A stretch of 64,000 nucleotides of DNA from Candidatus Omnitrophota bacterium (GTDB lineage: Bacteria; Omnitrophota; Gorgyraeia; JABMRG01). A program made the position numbers and the translations under genes. Positions 45,678-54,990 of the stretch are shown in pieces. The DNA lies in NCBI GenBank assembly GCA_028716165.1, contig JAQUQI010000002.1, positions 83,228 through 147,227 on the forward strand. Direction: 5' to 3'. Position 1 is the stretch's first letter; each line of letters begins with the position of its first letter. The notes beneath the pieces are model-generated. The model had not been told where the DNA came from. It searched no databases and worked only from the letters and a program-made list of their open reading frames with translations.

Positions 45678-46100
45678 TTAACAGATTTTCACGCTAATTA
45701 ACATCTCGTTTAGCTGTTTAAGATCAACCGGCTTATGCAATATCTTGATATCCGGTTTTTCGTAGAGCCTTTTACGGGCAGTTTCTTCGGTATGCCCTGT
45801 AAGCATAATGGGTATGGTATCGGGGCTGGTTTCCTTGAGTCCGGCTATAATGATATCTCCGTCCAGTGGACATGAACTGCTTAAATCCAAATCGCATAAA
45901 AGGACGTCCGGTTTTTCTTTGGCAAGTATAGCCAGGGCTTTTTCAGCCGTATCGGCGCTGGAGATTGCGTAGCCTAAGCGCGTCAAGCATTCGGCTAACA
46001 TATTTAACGCCTTTACATCATCGTCAACCAGCAATATTTTCACTTTAATGCCTCTATGCTTTTGGAAATTCCAGGCAAAACGTGCTTCCGCCGCCGGCAT
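45678..46100 (-). CDS. stand-alone response-regulator receiver (REC) domain protein
   Basis: KILLVDDD, a phospho-acceptor-like Asp in LLCDLDL, and a conserved T/K region. The 5' end overlaps the histidine kinase gene, so the true start may be the internal GTG. Confidence 0.8.
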   Translation of the reverse strand: MPAAEARFAWNFQKHRGIKVKILLVDDDVKALNMLAECLTRLGYAISSADTAEKALAILAKEKPDVLLCDLDLSSSCPLDGDIIIAGLKETSPDTIPIMLTGHTEETARKRLYEKPDIKILHKPVDLKQLNEMLISVKIC

Positions 46101-48132
46101 TATTCCTTGCCGTTATACTGCCTTTATTGCGCAGGATAATTTCACGCACTACTGCCAGCCCGTAACCCGAACCGTCTGTTTTGGTAGTGACAAACGGTTC
46201 AAATATTTTATCAAGCTTATCTTCGGGTATACCGCAGCCCGAATCCGTCACCTCTATTTTTACCTTGTTGTTATCTTCTTTTGCCGTGATCAGAATACAC
46301 CCTTTTTCTTTTATAGCTTCCGCTGCGTTTTTAATCAGATTAAAAAATATCTCTTGCATCTGGTCTTTATCAGCAATGATATCAGGTAAATCCAAAGGTA
46401 TATTTTCTTCTATATGTATCCTGTCTGACTGAAGCTTATGCCCCAGAATATTAAGTGTATCTTTCACGCTTTCTTTTATATTAATGGGTTTTGAATCAAC
46501 AATCTTTTTTGGCTTGGCAAAATTTGAAAGCTTGCCTGTTATGCTGGCGACCTTTTGGATCTCGGACATTATGTCATACATTATTTTTTCCACTTCCTTA
46601 AACTGGTTTTCAAGGTCTCTATTTTCAAAAGGCTTGGCCTTTTTGTTTAATATGTAAGCCTGTATCTGGATGCTTATTCTATTTAACGGATTGCATACTT
46701 CATGATTCACGGCAGAGGCCAATGTCCCTATTGCCGCTAATTTTTCACACTGCGACGCCTGCATAAAAAGCTTAGCGTTGCTTATTGCTATTGAAAGCGC
46801 TTTCATTAAAGTCGTGATTATATCTATATCGTTTTCATCATAAGGCTGATCGGATTTTTTTGCCCCTAAACTTAGTATGCCTACCATTTCATTGTGTATA
46901 ACCAGCGGCAGGCACGCCATGGATTTTATTTTTTCCATGTCTTTTTTTACCGGTTCAGAGGCTTGCGTGCTCTTATTGCGGCTCTGGTAAAGCAAGGGCT
47001 GGTAATTTGCTTTAAGCGCCTGGACAAGACTGCTTTTTGAATCAAAATATACGCCTTTTCCGTCCACTCCAGCCGCGTTATACACTTGATACCCCACCTC
47101 TTCTTTGCTAAGGAGCAAGATAGCGCAATTTGATAAACATAAATGCCTGACCAAAGCCTCAATGGTGACATTGCAGAGCGTATCAAGATTTAAGATAGTT
47201 AATGCTTTGTTGGAGAAATCTTTAAGCATTGTTCGGGCGTCATACTTTTTTTGAAAAAGGTATTTATTGGTTAAGCTTATCAAAAAATTATAAACAGGCT
47301 GTTGTAACAGCACAATAATAACAGCGCTTATCGCCAATGCCAAATACCTGGAGTGCGGAATGTATTTTGCGATAAATTCCTGAGTCAAAAGAGCCGCCAT
47401 GATTATAATGGTGAACACAAAACCGAATAGCCCCGCGAAAACAAGGGTTTTTTTGACAATAACTTCAATATCAAGGAGTTTATGGCGTATAATGGCATAA
47501 GCTACTATTATTACGTATACGGCGATTAAGATATTTAAATAAGGAGAGAATTTAATATCGTACCACATAGGCCAATTAGACGCCCCTCCTATAAAACCAA
47601 AAGCTGCTGCAACTATGCAATATTTTATCTGTTCATGCTTAAAACCGCTACTCGTCTTTAGCCCACGAATAAAATGTATAAAACCATACAATACTTGTAT
47701 AAACCAAAAAACTAAATAAATGTTAAAAAATAAACTTGGTATGGGCCATAATCCTAAATTATATTTTAATATGAACCCATTATAAAAAATACCGGAAAAG
47801 TTGAAATAAATAAAAACGAAACTAACAGCGTAAATGACGCGTAGTAAATTTCTTTTCACAACAAGTCTATCGGTAAAAGCGAAAACAAAATGCAAGAAAG
47901 CGGCATTAATTAAAATGACTCCTAAAACCAAAACTTTAAACCAAAAAATTTTACTTGTATGACCAGCCGTTGTCTGCCATAAAAAATAGCCTATGCTATA
48001 AAGAGTGATAGATAAGTTAACGTTCAAATAGGCCTTGCTGACGGAACTATTCGGTTTTTTTAGATAACCAAACAACCCTAATATCAAACTGGTTAATGCG
48101 TTTATAAGTCCTGTAAAAGCTAAAAAAGTCAT
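46054..48132 (-). CDS. sensor histidine kinase: N-terminal 7-8 TM domain + GAF + HisKA + HATPase_c
   Basis: About 8 hydrophobic helices in the first 330 aa. H-box NHEVCNPLNRI. N, G1 and G2 boxes (DSGCGIP, GSGYGLAV). Confidence 0.85.
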   Translation of the reverse strand: MTFLAFTGLINALTSLILGLFGYLKKPNSSVSKAYLNVNLSITLYSIGYFLWQTTAGHTSKIFWFKVLVLGVILINAAFLHFVFAFTDRLVVKRNLLRVIYAVSFVFIYFNFSGIFYNGFILKYNLGLWPIPSLFFNIYLVFWFIQVLYGFIHFIRGLKTSSGFKHEQIKYCIVAAAFGFIGGASNWPMWYDIKFSPYLNILIAVYVIIVAYAIIRHKLLDIEVIVKKTLVFAGLFGFVFTIIIMAALLTQEFIAKYIPHSRYLALAISAVIIVLLQQPVYNFLISLTNKYLFQKKYDARTMLKDFSNKALTILNLDTLCNVTIEALVRHLCLSNCAILLLSKEEVGYQVYNAAGVDGKGVYFDSKSSLVQALKANYQPLLYQSRNKSTQASEPVKKDMEKIKSMACLPLVIHNEMVGILSLGAKKSDQPYDENDIDIITTLMKALSIAISNAKLFMQASQCEKLAAIGTLASAVNHEVCNPLNRISIQIQAYILNKKAKPFENRDLENQFKEVEKIMYDIMSEIQKVASITGKLSNFAKPKKIVDSKPINIKESVKDTLNILGHKLQSDRIHIEENIPLDLPDIIADKDQMQEIFFNLIKNAAEAIKEKGCILITAKEDNNKVKIEVTDSGCGIPEDKLDKIFEPFVTTKTDGSGYGLAVVREIILRNKGSITARNNAGGGSTFCLEFPKA

Positions 48133-48136
48133 AGTT

Positions 48137-49477
48137 CTATCTTTTGGTTATAATCACAAATAGGATTATGCCAGATTTATCTCTTTCAGTTTGCACATCA
48201 AAGTCTATTGATATGCCTTCTTTTATGATATTAAGAAGTTTTTCTTCATGCCTGGGATAGAATGTCCAGTCTGCCCACCAATCTATGGCGACAGGATCGT
48301 ATTTGATTATATCCTTGTGAGCTAAAATCAGGGTTCCGTTCGGTTGCAGGATATCAAACCAAAAAGAGATAAGTAACTTAAGTAGCCTGTCAGGCAGATA
48401 ATCAGCCAAACCTATACTATAAATAAGCGAATAATCGCCTAAAATTTTTTTATAATCCTGACTATCTTTTATATAGTTTAATACATTATGGTTTAGGTAT
48501 CTATGTTCAAGAAGTTTTGATGCATAGGGACTTAAAACTTTTTTGGAAAAATCCAGCGCCTCTTGATCGTGATCAACCAGAGTGAAGATTGTCTTGTTTT
48601 TCGGCGCAAAGCCTGTTGAGAGCATTTCTACTATTTCTCTGCAGGATCCGCAAGCAATATTTAAAATTTTTGTGGGATTAAACCTTGATTTTAAGAGATA
48701 TTTTTCAAGCATATCTTTCATTTTGTCTTTTCTGTTTCTTACGGCCGCAGCGTACTCATTGTTTAAAAAATACATATCCGAACAATACCCTATATTTTCA
48801 GAGATCGCTTTATTGTTATAAACAAGCTCTATAGTAAAATAATCACCTGGATAACCGCGCGGTTTTTCATAGGCGCGTTTAAGAATTTTGCCTCTATAAG
48901 CCCACGGGCCTAACAACGCTCTAAAACATTCTTTTGATTTTTTGATTAATTTCTTATTGGAAAGCAAGTTTTCAAGATTATGGCCTTTTTCCACAATGTC
49001 ATCAGTTATTCTTCCCGCTTTATTACAGGCATCGGTTAATCGTATTTTATTATTTTGGATATCATTGACAAGAGAATCCAATTGCGACATATATTTCTTA
49101 CAGTGTATAGTCCAGAAGTCTGATACAGTTTGTTTATCATCAGAACACGTTATTTCATCAATAATGGGTTTTATGGTTTCGCGTATGCACATGCCGCGCA
49201 GATAGTCTAGATCCCTTTCCTTTAATCTTATAAAACACGCGCCGTACCTGAAACCGTTTTTTTGTATAAGATGTTTGCTCCAAATGATTTTAAATTCTGT
49301 TTTTATGGATTCGTTTGGCGACAGTTCTATATCCGCAACGGCGTTTGACAGTAGCAAAGGTTTTTCAAAAGCAATGCCGAAACCTGTTTCACTGATGTCT
49401 ATGACTTTACCAAATACATTGGAATTGATACGTAAAGGAAAAGAAGTTTTAATTCTTGGGTATAGCCGTTTATTCAT
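48137..49477 (-). CDS. PilZ-domain protein fused to a class-I SAM-methyltransferase-like domain
   Basis: N-terminal RIKTSFPLRIN...DISETGFGIAF matches the PilZ RxxxR / (D/N)xSxGG motifs. C-terminal ILNIACGSCREIVEM resembles MTase motif I with Gly-to-Ala/Cys substitutions. Confidence 0.55.
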   Translation of the reverse strand: MNKRLYPRIKTSFPLRINSNVFGKVIDISETGFGIAFEKPLLLSNAVADIELSPNESIKTEFKIIWSKHLIQKNGFRYGACFIRLKERDLDYLRGMCIRETIKPIIDEITCSDDKQTVSDFWTIHCKKYMSQLDSLVNDIQNNKIRLTDACNKAGRITDDIVEKGHNLENLLSNKKLIKKSKECFRALLGPWAYRGKILKRAYEKPRGYPGDYFTIELVYNNKAISENIGYCSDMYFLNNEYAAAVRNRKDKMKDMLEKYLLKSRFNPTKILNIACGSCREIVEMLSTGFAPKNKTIFTLVDHDQEALDFSKKVLSPYASKLLEHRYLNHNVLNYIKDSQDYKKILGDYSLIYSIGLADYLPDRLLKLLISFWFDILQPNGTLILAHKDIIKYDPVAIDWWADWTFYPRHEEKLLNIIKEGISIDFDVQTERDKSGIILFVIITKR

Positions 49478-50388
49478 TATTTTACCTTTCTGATCAGGTT
49501 ATGCTTAAAGCATATAGACCATATCATTTTATTCAGTCTTTCGGCGTTTTCTTTGTCTTTTTTTTCATCATAGTTATACATATCGTCGCTTTCAATCCAT
49601 ATACCCCCGCTATGCTTGGCGTCTTTAAAACCGTGGGAGTTTATGTTTTGTTGAGTGCCATGGACAATTATTGCTTTCGGCGCATACTTTGATTTCATAA
49701 TATCACTTATCAGGTTGGCGGTTGATTCGGATTTTTTGCCATGCGGCTTGTCCGTTGGTACCTCGGTAGCGCATATTACTATATCCGGCCTGAAAGCAGA
49801 CAGGGCCCTCCGAGCTTCTTTTTGGCAATATACCGGCATATACTCATATTCGCCGTATGGCTCTACAAGCGGCGGAGGATATTTGTGTTCGCCGTCTTGA
49901 ATAGGCAAAAGATAAGGCATCCAGAACTCTCTTTCAATAAAAAGTATTTTTGCCGCCGGAACAATGTCATTTCTTCTTGTGATTTCATCTAAAGAAACGG
50001 GAATTACCCTGGTAGCGTCTTTTGCCTTTAGAACATCGTCTATTCTGTTTATTATCTCATCAAGTAGAATAGGTTTCGGGAAAAAACCGTCCACTCCAAG
50101 TTCTGCTACTGCTTTTTTCACTTCATTGTCATAACTTGTTATGACTAATACCTTTGTATCGGGATATTCCTGACGAATTATTTTTAGTACCTGTATCCCG
50201 TTTATTCCCGGAAGCTGCATATCAAGCAAAACAATGTCAGGTTTTTTTTCTTCCAATATTTTTAAAGCTTCTTCACCTGTCAGTGTTAAATATATTTCAT
50301 GTTTTAATACTTTTGGGATAAGGTCTGTGAGGAGATTAATAATGCTTACATCGTCATCAACAACAAGGATCTTTTTGATATCCGCCAT
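49477..50388 (-). CDS. response regulator: REC domain + uncharacterised C-terminal flavodoxin-like (degenerate REC-like) domain
   Basis: KILVVDDD...DIVLLDMQLPGINGIQ canonical REC. C-terminal beta-alpha-beta pattern (KILFIE, PDIVICATE, AIIVHGT) without a recognised output domain. Confidence 0.7.
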   Translation of the reverse strand: MADIKKILVVDDDVSIINLLTDLIPKVLKHEIYLTLTGEEALKILEEKKPDIVLLDMQLPGINGIQVLKIIRQEYPDTKVLVITSYDNEVKKAVAELGVDGFFPKPILLDEIINRIDDVLKAKDATRVIPVSLDEITRRNDIVPAAKILFIEREFWMPYLLPIQDGEHKYPPPLVEPYGEYEYMPVYCQKEARRALSAFRPDIVICATEVPTDKPHGKKSESTANLISDIMKSKYAPKAIIVHGTQQNINSHGFKDAKHSGGIWIESDDMYNYDEKKDKENAERLNKMIWSICFKHNLIRKVK

Positions 50389-50503
50389 AGCCCTCCCCTA
50401 CCGCTTCTTTAGATACAGCGGTGGTTTATTAGTTAATATTATTATAACAAATAGATAAAGCCGGCGGTAGGGAAAAATAGTAAAATGAAGTATTTCTTTT
50501 GAT

Positions 50504-50524
50504 AAAAACGCGAATATCGCGATT
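50504..50524 (-). terminator. rho-independent terminator after the FAD-linked oxidase gene (CGCGA-ATA-TCGCG + U-tract)
   Basis: Palindrome at 50509-50521 with aaaaa at 50504-50508 on plus. Confidence 0.55.
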
Positions 50525-50581
50525 TGTCCTTAAACGAATATTATAAAAATAATAGGCGGATTATTTTATTGCGATGGTATC

Positions 50582-52075
50582 TTACAGTGCGGGCTCAAGC
50601 AAATGCCTTGGAAATATATTATCAAGCCCCAGTATGCAGTAGGGGTCAAGCTGTTTTTTAAGGCGCGCCATCTGCGCTACGGCCTCTTTCCCGTAAAGCA
50701 TTTCAAGATAACCGTGTTTGATTTTTCCAATACCGTGTTCGGCGGTGGGTGTTCCGCCAAGCGATATGGCTTTCTGGACCAGCTTATTATATACCCGCTT
50801 TCCTTTTTCGTGCTCGGCTGTATTTTTAGGCAAAATATTTATATGCAGATGCGCCTGGCCTATGTGCCCGAAGCAAAGATATTTTAGACCGGCGCCTGAA
50901 AGCGTATTATCACAGTATTTCATCATAGCCGGCAGGTCTTTGTGGGGGACGGCCATATCAGTGCCTATTTTAAGCATATTATGTTTTTTTAAATATTCGT
51001 TGACCATATCCGGGACATCGTGCCTTATATCGCTTACTCTTTGCCTGTCTTTGTCCGCTAAGGCAAGCCATGTCTCATCTGTCAAGCCGTTACAGCGCGC
51101 TATAAGGTTTGCCCAGGCGCTTATGAGCATGTCGCCATCATCTCCACGCGGTATTTCTTGTTGAAAATATACGGCGCCTTTGGCCAGGGAAGGTATTATA
51201 TCGTGTTTTTGCCTTAAAAGATCCAACGCGTTGGAATCAAAAAATTCAAGGCAAGCGGCATCAAGGGCCGTGTTCTTGATAAGGCTTTGTTCCCTTGCCT
51301 TTAGCGCGAAAGAAACGGCATCATCGTTATTTTTAAAAAAGGCGTAACAATCCATGGACTGCCCGGGTTTTTTTATCAGTTTAAGGGTGGCGTTTAATAT
51401 TATGCCCAGAGTGCCTTCCTGGCCTATAAAAAGGTCTATGGCATCCATATCGTCTTTTATATAATATCCTGCCGCGTTCTTTACCCTCGGCATATCGTAT
51501 GACGGCAGGGTAAGAGACAGCCTGTGTCCTGATTCGGTAGTAATGTCAAGGCGCCTTCTATCGGCAAAAATCTCGCCGCGTTTTAGATTGAGTATCTGCC
51601 CGTTTGAAAGCATGAGCCTTAAGCTTTTAACAAAATCTCTTGTGGCGCCGTATTTGAAGCTCTTTGCTCCCGATGCTGACGTTGAAATGTTTCCTGCCAC
51701 AAAAGATGTTTTTTCCGTGGGGTCCGGCGGATAGAAATAACCGCCTTGATCTACTTTTTCCAGAAGGTCTTTTAATATGAGGCCCGCTCCAACCGTTATT
51801 TCAGCCGTGCCGTCCGGAAGCGGCCTGATAGCGCTTATGGAGTTCATTTTTTCAAGGGATAAGACATTGCCGCCAAAAGGTATTCTTGCTCCGGCGACAC
51901 CCGTGCCGGCTCCGGTTATAGTCAGAGGCGCCATCAGGGAGACTGAATCATGGAGCGCTTGCCGGATATCATCTTCTGTTTCGGCGAAATAGACGTCTTG
52001 GCAGAAGCCTGATTTCAGGTTGGAATAGTCTTCCAAAAATCCTTTAATAATGTCGGGGTCTTTTTTAATTATCAT
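50582..52075 (-). CDS. FAD-linked oxidase (PCMH-type FAD-binding domain; GlcD/D-lactate dehydrogenase-like)
   Basis: FAD-binding motifs TITGAGTGVAGARIPFGG... and the C-terminal FAD-oxidase_C region HGIGKIK. Confidence 0.8.
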   Translation of the reverse strand: MIIKKDPDIIKGFLEDYSNLKSGFCQDVYFAETEDDIRQALHDSVSLMAPLTITGAGTGVAGARIPFGGNVLSLEKMNSISAIRPLPDGTAEITVGAGLILKDLLEKVDQGGYFYPPDPTEKTSFVAGNISTSASGAKSFKYGATRDFVKSLRLMLSNGQILNLKRGEIFADRRRLDITTESGHRLSLTLPSYDMPRVKNAAGYYIKDDMDAIDLFIGQEGTLGIILNATLKLIKKPGQSMDCYAFFKNNDDAVSFALKAREQSLIKNTALDAACLEFFDSNALDLLRQKHDIIPSLAKGAVYFQQEIPRGDDGDMLISAWANLIARCNGLTDETWLALADKDRQRVSDIRHDVPDMVNEYLKKHNMLKIGTDMAVPHKDLPAMMKYCDNTLSGAGLKYLCFGHIGQAHLHINILPKNTAEHEKGKRVYNKLVQKAISLGGTPTAEHGIGKIKHGYLEMLYGKEAVAQMARLKKQLDPYCILGLDNIFPRHLLEPAL

Positions 52076-52308
52076 GGCTTTTTGAAAAACCGGCGGATAT
52101 TCGGCAGGTCAAAAAAATAGTTATGACATTCATTAAAAAAGGGCCCATCGGAAAAGATAAACTATAACCAACAGGCCCTTCTCGGTGGGCTGAACCATTC
52201 ATATTTCAAATGTGAATATAGCATATTTTGCCGCGTAATGCAAGCAAAAAAATAAAAAAAAGCAATCAAAAAACAAGGTTGATAAAAAAGCCTTTTTCTC
52301 CGCCGCCA

Positions 52309-52337
52309 TTGACATAACCTGTATAAAGAGGTATTAT
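52309..52337 (+). promoter_or_regulatory. sigma70-type promoter (TTGACA-17-TATTAT) for the small secreted protein gene at 52355
   Basis: ttgaca 52309-52314 and tattat 52332-52337. GGAGG RBS at 52344-52348. Confidence 0.5.
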
Positions 52338-52354
52338 ATTGACGGAGGCTGTTT

Positions 52355-52681
52355 ATGAGAATAAATATTAAATCTTTGCCTTTATTTGTCCTGCCGGCGG
52401 CTCTTGCCATATTTTTGCTTGCCCTGTATTTACATGCCGCCGAAGACCGAGCCGAGGCTTTGGATAATTATTATGATAATGCCAAAACCTATAGCCCAAC
52501 CGCGCAAACACAGCAGGGGCAATGGCTGGCAGGCCAGGATATGACCACAGAAACCCATCAACCGGTAACATATTTTCCCGTTAATGCCGGTGTCCAGGAT
52601 GATAGCGCGCAGGCCCCTATGCCTTCAGGTTATAATTATGAAGATTCCTGCAAAGATTGTCAAAAAACATGGACAGGCTAA
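52355..52681 (+). CDS. small secreted hypothetical protein
   Basis: Signal peptide LPLFVLPAALAIFLLALYLHAAE. 108 aa. Consensus promoter and RBS upstream. Confidence 0.6.
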   Translation: MRINIKSLPLFVLPAALAIFLLALYLHAAEDRAEALDNYYDNAKTYSPTAQTQQGQWLAGQDMTTETHQPVTYFPVNAGVQDDSAQAPMPSGYNYEDSCKDCQKTWTG

Positions 52682-52716
52682 AAACCCTGCAACAAGCCTG
52701 TAATTTTTCAAGCTCT

Positions 52717-53025
52717 TTATTTACCGCTTCTTTCAACACCCTGCCTAAAACCGGCATTGTATCCGGCCTCGTAACCGGCATTATATCCTGTTTCATATGA
52801 ATCTGTAGACCCTGATACCTGGGAAGAGGCTTGCCTGGGCTGCATGCCGCCTGTGACATCATCAATGATATTTCCCTGCCTGCCTGTCACGACCTTGACG
52901 CCTTCATATATGGCAAGGCCTTTGCCTATATTGCCCCATGTCTTATTAGAGCCGGCATAGCTGATACCGCAGTATGCCTGCGCGATAAGAAACGACAATA
53001 TGATGCCTGTGATAATTTTTTTCAT
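52717..53025 (-). CDS. small secreted protein with GY(N/E)AGYEAGYNAGF repeats
   Basis: Signal peptide ending ...AQAYCGIS. A short Gly/Tyr/Asn/Ala repeat block near the C-terminus. Confidence 0.55.
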   Translation of the reverse strand: MKKIITGIILSFLIAQAYCGISYAGSNKTWGNIGKGLAIYEGVKVVTGRQGNIIDDVTGGMQPRQASSQVSGSTDSYETGYNAGYEAGYNAGFRQGVERSGK

Positions 53026-53048
53026 CCCTGTCCGCCTCCTGTCATATT

Positions 53049-54236
53049 TTATTCATAAACGATATTATCCAGGTATATCACGGCTCCGTCCGGATTGGAA
53101 TTTCTATCGGTCATCCAGTAAAAACCACCGCTGACACAAGTAAGGTCTTTACCGGTGAGGTCTATCTGGTATTCTCTCCAAGTATTTGATAATACCACTG
53201 GCCCGATTTCGGCTTTTACAGAATCAGGGTATTGCCCTGTAATTCCTCCGACGCCGAAGCGGACTATGGTTTCGCCGCCCTTTTCTCCGCGAGCCCAGAA
53301 GCTTAATCTCTTTGCTCCGCTTAAATCATAACCGCCCTGCACATCACCCCAGTTATTGACGGGATTCTGCCAATAGACCCCTGCCCAGCCTGCCCCCTGC
53401 GGAGTTTTGCCCGTATATCTAAAACGCAGGCAGTCTTTTCCGGAATGCGGGTTTTCCTCCCACGAAAGCCTTCTTATCGCATCATAGTCTCCGAGCCAGC
53501 CTGAAGGATGATAATGGTTTTTTGGGTCATTTTCATCAAAAAAGACATAAAAAGGACGAAACATTTTATATATCAATTCATCCTTCCATTCTCTCCATTT
53601 TTGCCTGTCATCTTCATTTAAAGGTGTGGGTTGTTCAGGGGCCCTTGATTTATAAATTACTGTCTGATTGCCTTCGCTGACAACGATCTCTTTACCGATA
53701 ACGGATTGCATGCCCGCGCCTTTGACATAGACCCTTCCCTCATATACTTTCAATATGGTCTGGTCGTCTTTTGCTATTGTTTCAAAACCCGTGCCAAGGA
53801 CCCCGCAAACAGCCGTAGGCGTCTTTATTTCAAATTTGCTTCCGGGATCAAGGCCCTTGAGGTCTGATATTAATTTACCCTGTTCCAGGTTTATGCCCTT
53901 ATCTCCCGAGAGCTCTATCTTTTTTATGCCCAGCGACGTATCTTCTGAAGCGGATATAATATTTTTCATGTCCTTGCCGAATTTGATGTCAACGGCGGAA
54001 CCCTTGGCTGTTTTTAGATAATCGCCGTCGGATATTCTAGTATCAAGCGTCAGGGCCGACCATTGCCCTTCCCTTCCCTTTTTGTGGCTGACATAGCCCG
54101 AAACATAAAAGGCCTCGTTCTTTTGGGATGCCTTGCCCGCGGCAAGGACTTGACCCTTTTGGTAATAAAAATAAACACCGCCTGCCGCGGCAGCAATTAC
54201 CGCTATAATGATTAATAATACAATTAGCTTTGACAT
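53049..54236 (-). CDS. membrane-anchored FecR-domain protein with an uncharacterised ~170-aa C-terminal beta-rich domain (paralog 1)
   Basis: N-terminal TM helix, then a FecR-like region (..GSAVDIKFGKD...TPTAVCGVLGTGFE..ILKVYEGRVYVKG..). The C-terminus shares GWLGDY / GAGWAGVYWQNP.NNWG / GGYDLS / NPDGAVIYLDNIVYE with the next gene. Confidence 0.6.
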   Translation of the reverse strand: MSKLIVLLIIIAVIAAAAGGVYFYYQKGQVLAAGKASQKNEAFYVSGYVSHKKGREGQWSALTLDTRISDGDYLKTAKGSAVDIKFGKDMKNIISASEDTSLGIKKIELSGDKGINLEQGKLISDLKGLDPGSKFEIKTPTAVCGVLGTGFETIAKDDQTILKVYEGRVYVKGAGMQSVIGKEIVVSEGNQTVIYKSRAPEQPTPLNEDDRQKWREWKDELIYKMFRPFYVFFDENDPKNHYHPSGWLGDYDAIRRLSWEENPHSGKDCLRFRYTGKTPQGAGWAGVYWQNPVNNWGDVQGGYDLSGAKRLSFWARGEKGGETIVRFGVGGITGQYPDSVKAEIGPVVLSNTWREYQIDLTGKDLTCVSGGFYWMTDRNSNPDGAVIYLDNIVYE

Positions 54237-54250
54237 GACTGCCCCTGTTT

Positions 54251-54853
54251 TTATTCGTATTTTATGTCATCAAGATAAATCACAAATCCGTCGGGATTGT
54301 CCATACGGCTTGCGGCAAAAACAAAACCGCCGCTGATATAAAAAAGCTCCGCGCCTGAAAGGTCAATGGTGTATTCGCTCCACTCATTGCTAAGCGCCAG
54401 AGGCCCGATTCCAACGGTATCCGAATCCGGAAACTGTCCGGTTATGCCGCCTGTCTTGAATTCCAGTATCTCGCCGCCCTTGGCGCCGCGCGCCATAAGG
54501 GTCAATTTGCCTGCCCTTGACAGATTGTATCCTCCGTCTTTGGAGCCCCAGTTATTTTCGGGATTTTGCCAGAATACTCCCACCCATCCCGCTCCCTGTG
54601 ACGGTTGGCCTGTGTATGTTATTTCAATGCACGAATTGCCTGAATAAGGGCTGTTTTTACAGGATTGATTGATTTTAATTGAGCTGAAATCTCCCATCCA
54701 CCCGGACGGCACAAAATGGTTTTTTTGGGAATTGTTATCATAGTAGATGAAAAAAGGCATTGTCTCTTGATCTTTAGGCTTAAATGCCCACGCGTTACCT
54801 GTTGATAACAGCATCATGGCAATGACAGCGCATATTGCGGCTTTGTTCTTCAT
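54251..54853 (-). CDS. secreted protein consisting of the same uncharacterised C-terminal domain (paralog 2); start at MKNKAAI
   Basis: Signal peptide. About 55% identical to the C-terminal 170 aa of the FecR-domain protein. Confidence 0.6.
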   Translation of the reverse strand: MKNKAAICAVIAMMLLSTGNAWAFKPKDQETMPFFIYYDNNSQKNHFVPSGWMGDFSSIKINQSCKNSPYSGNSCIEITYTGQPSQGAGWVGVFWQNPENNWGSKDGGYNLSRAGKLTLMARGAKGGEILEFKTGGITGQFPDSDTVGIGPLALSNEWSEYTIDLSGAELFYISGGFVFAASRMDNPDGFVIYLDDIKYE

Positions 54854-54990
54854 ATCTTTCCCCTTTCCATAGATACTATTTATTAGACAATAAAATAGTA
54901 TCAAATTTAAGCCCAATAATCAAGATAAATCATGGCAGGATAACAGGAAAATGCCGGTTTTAGGGATACGGGACACAAAGGCCTTGTTAC

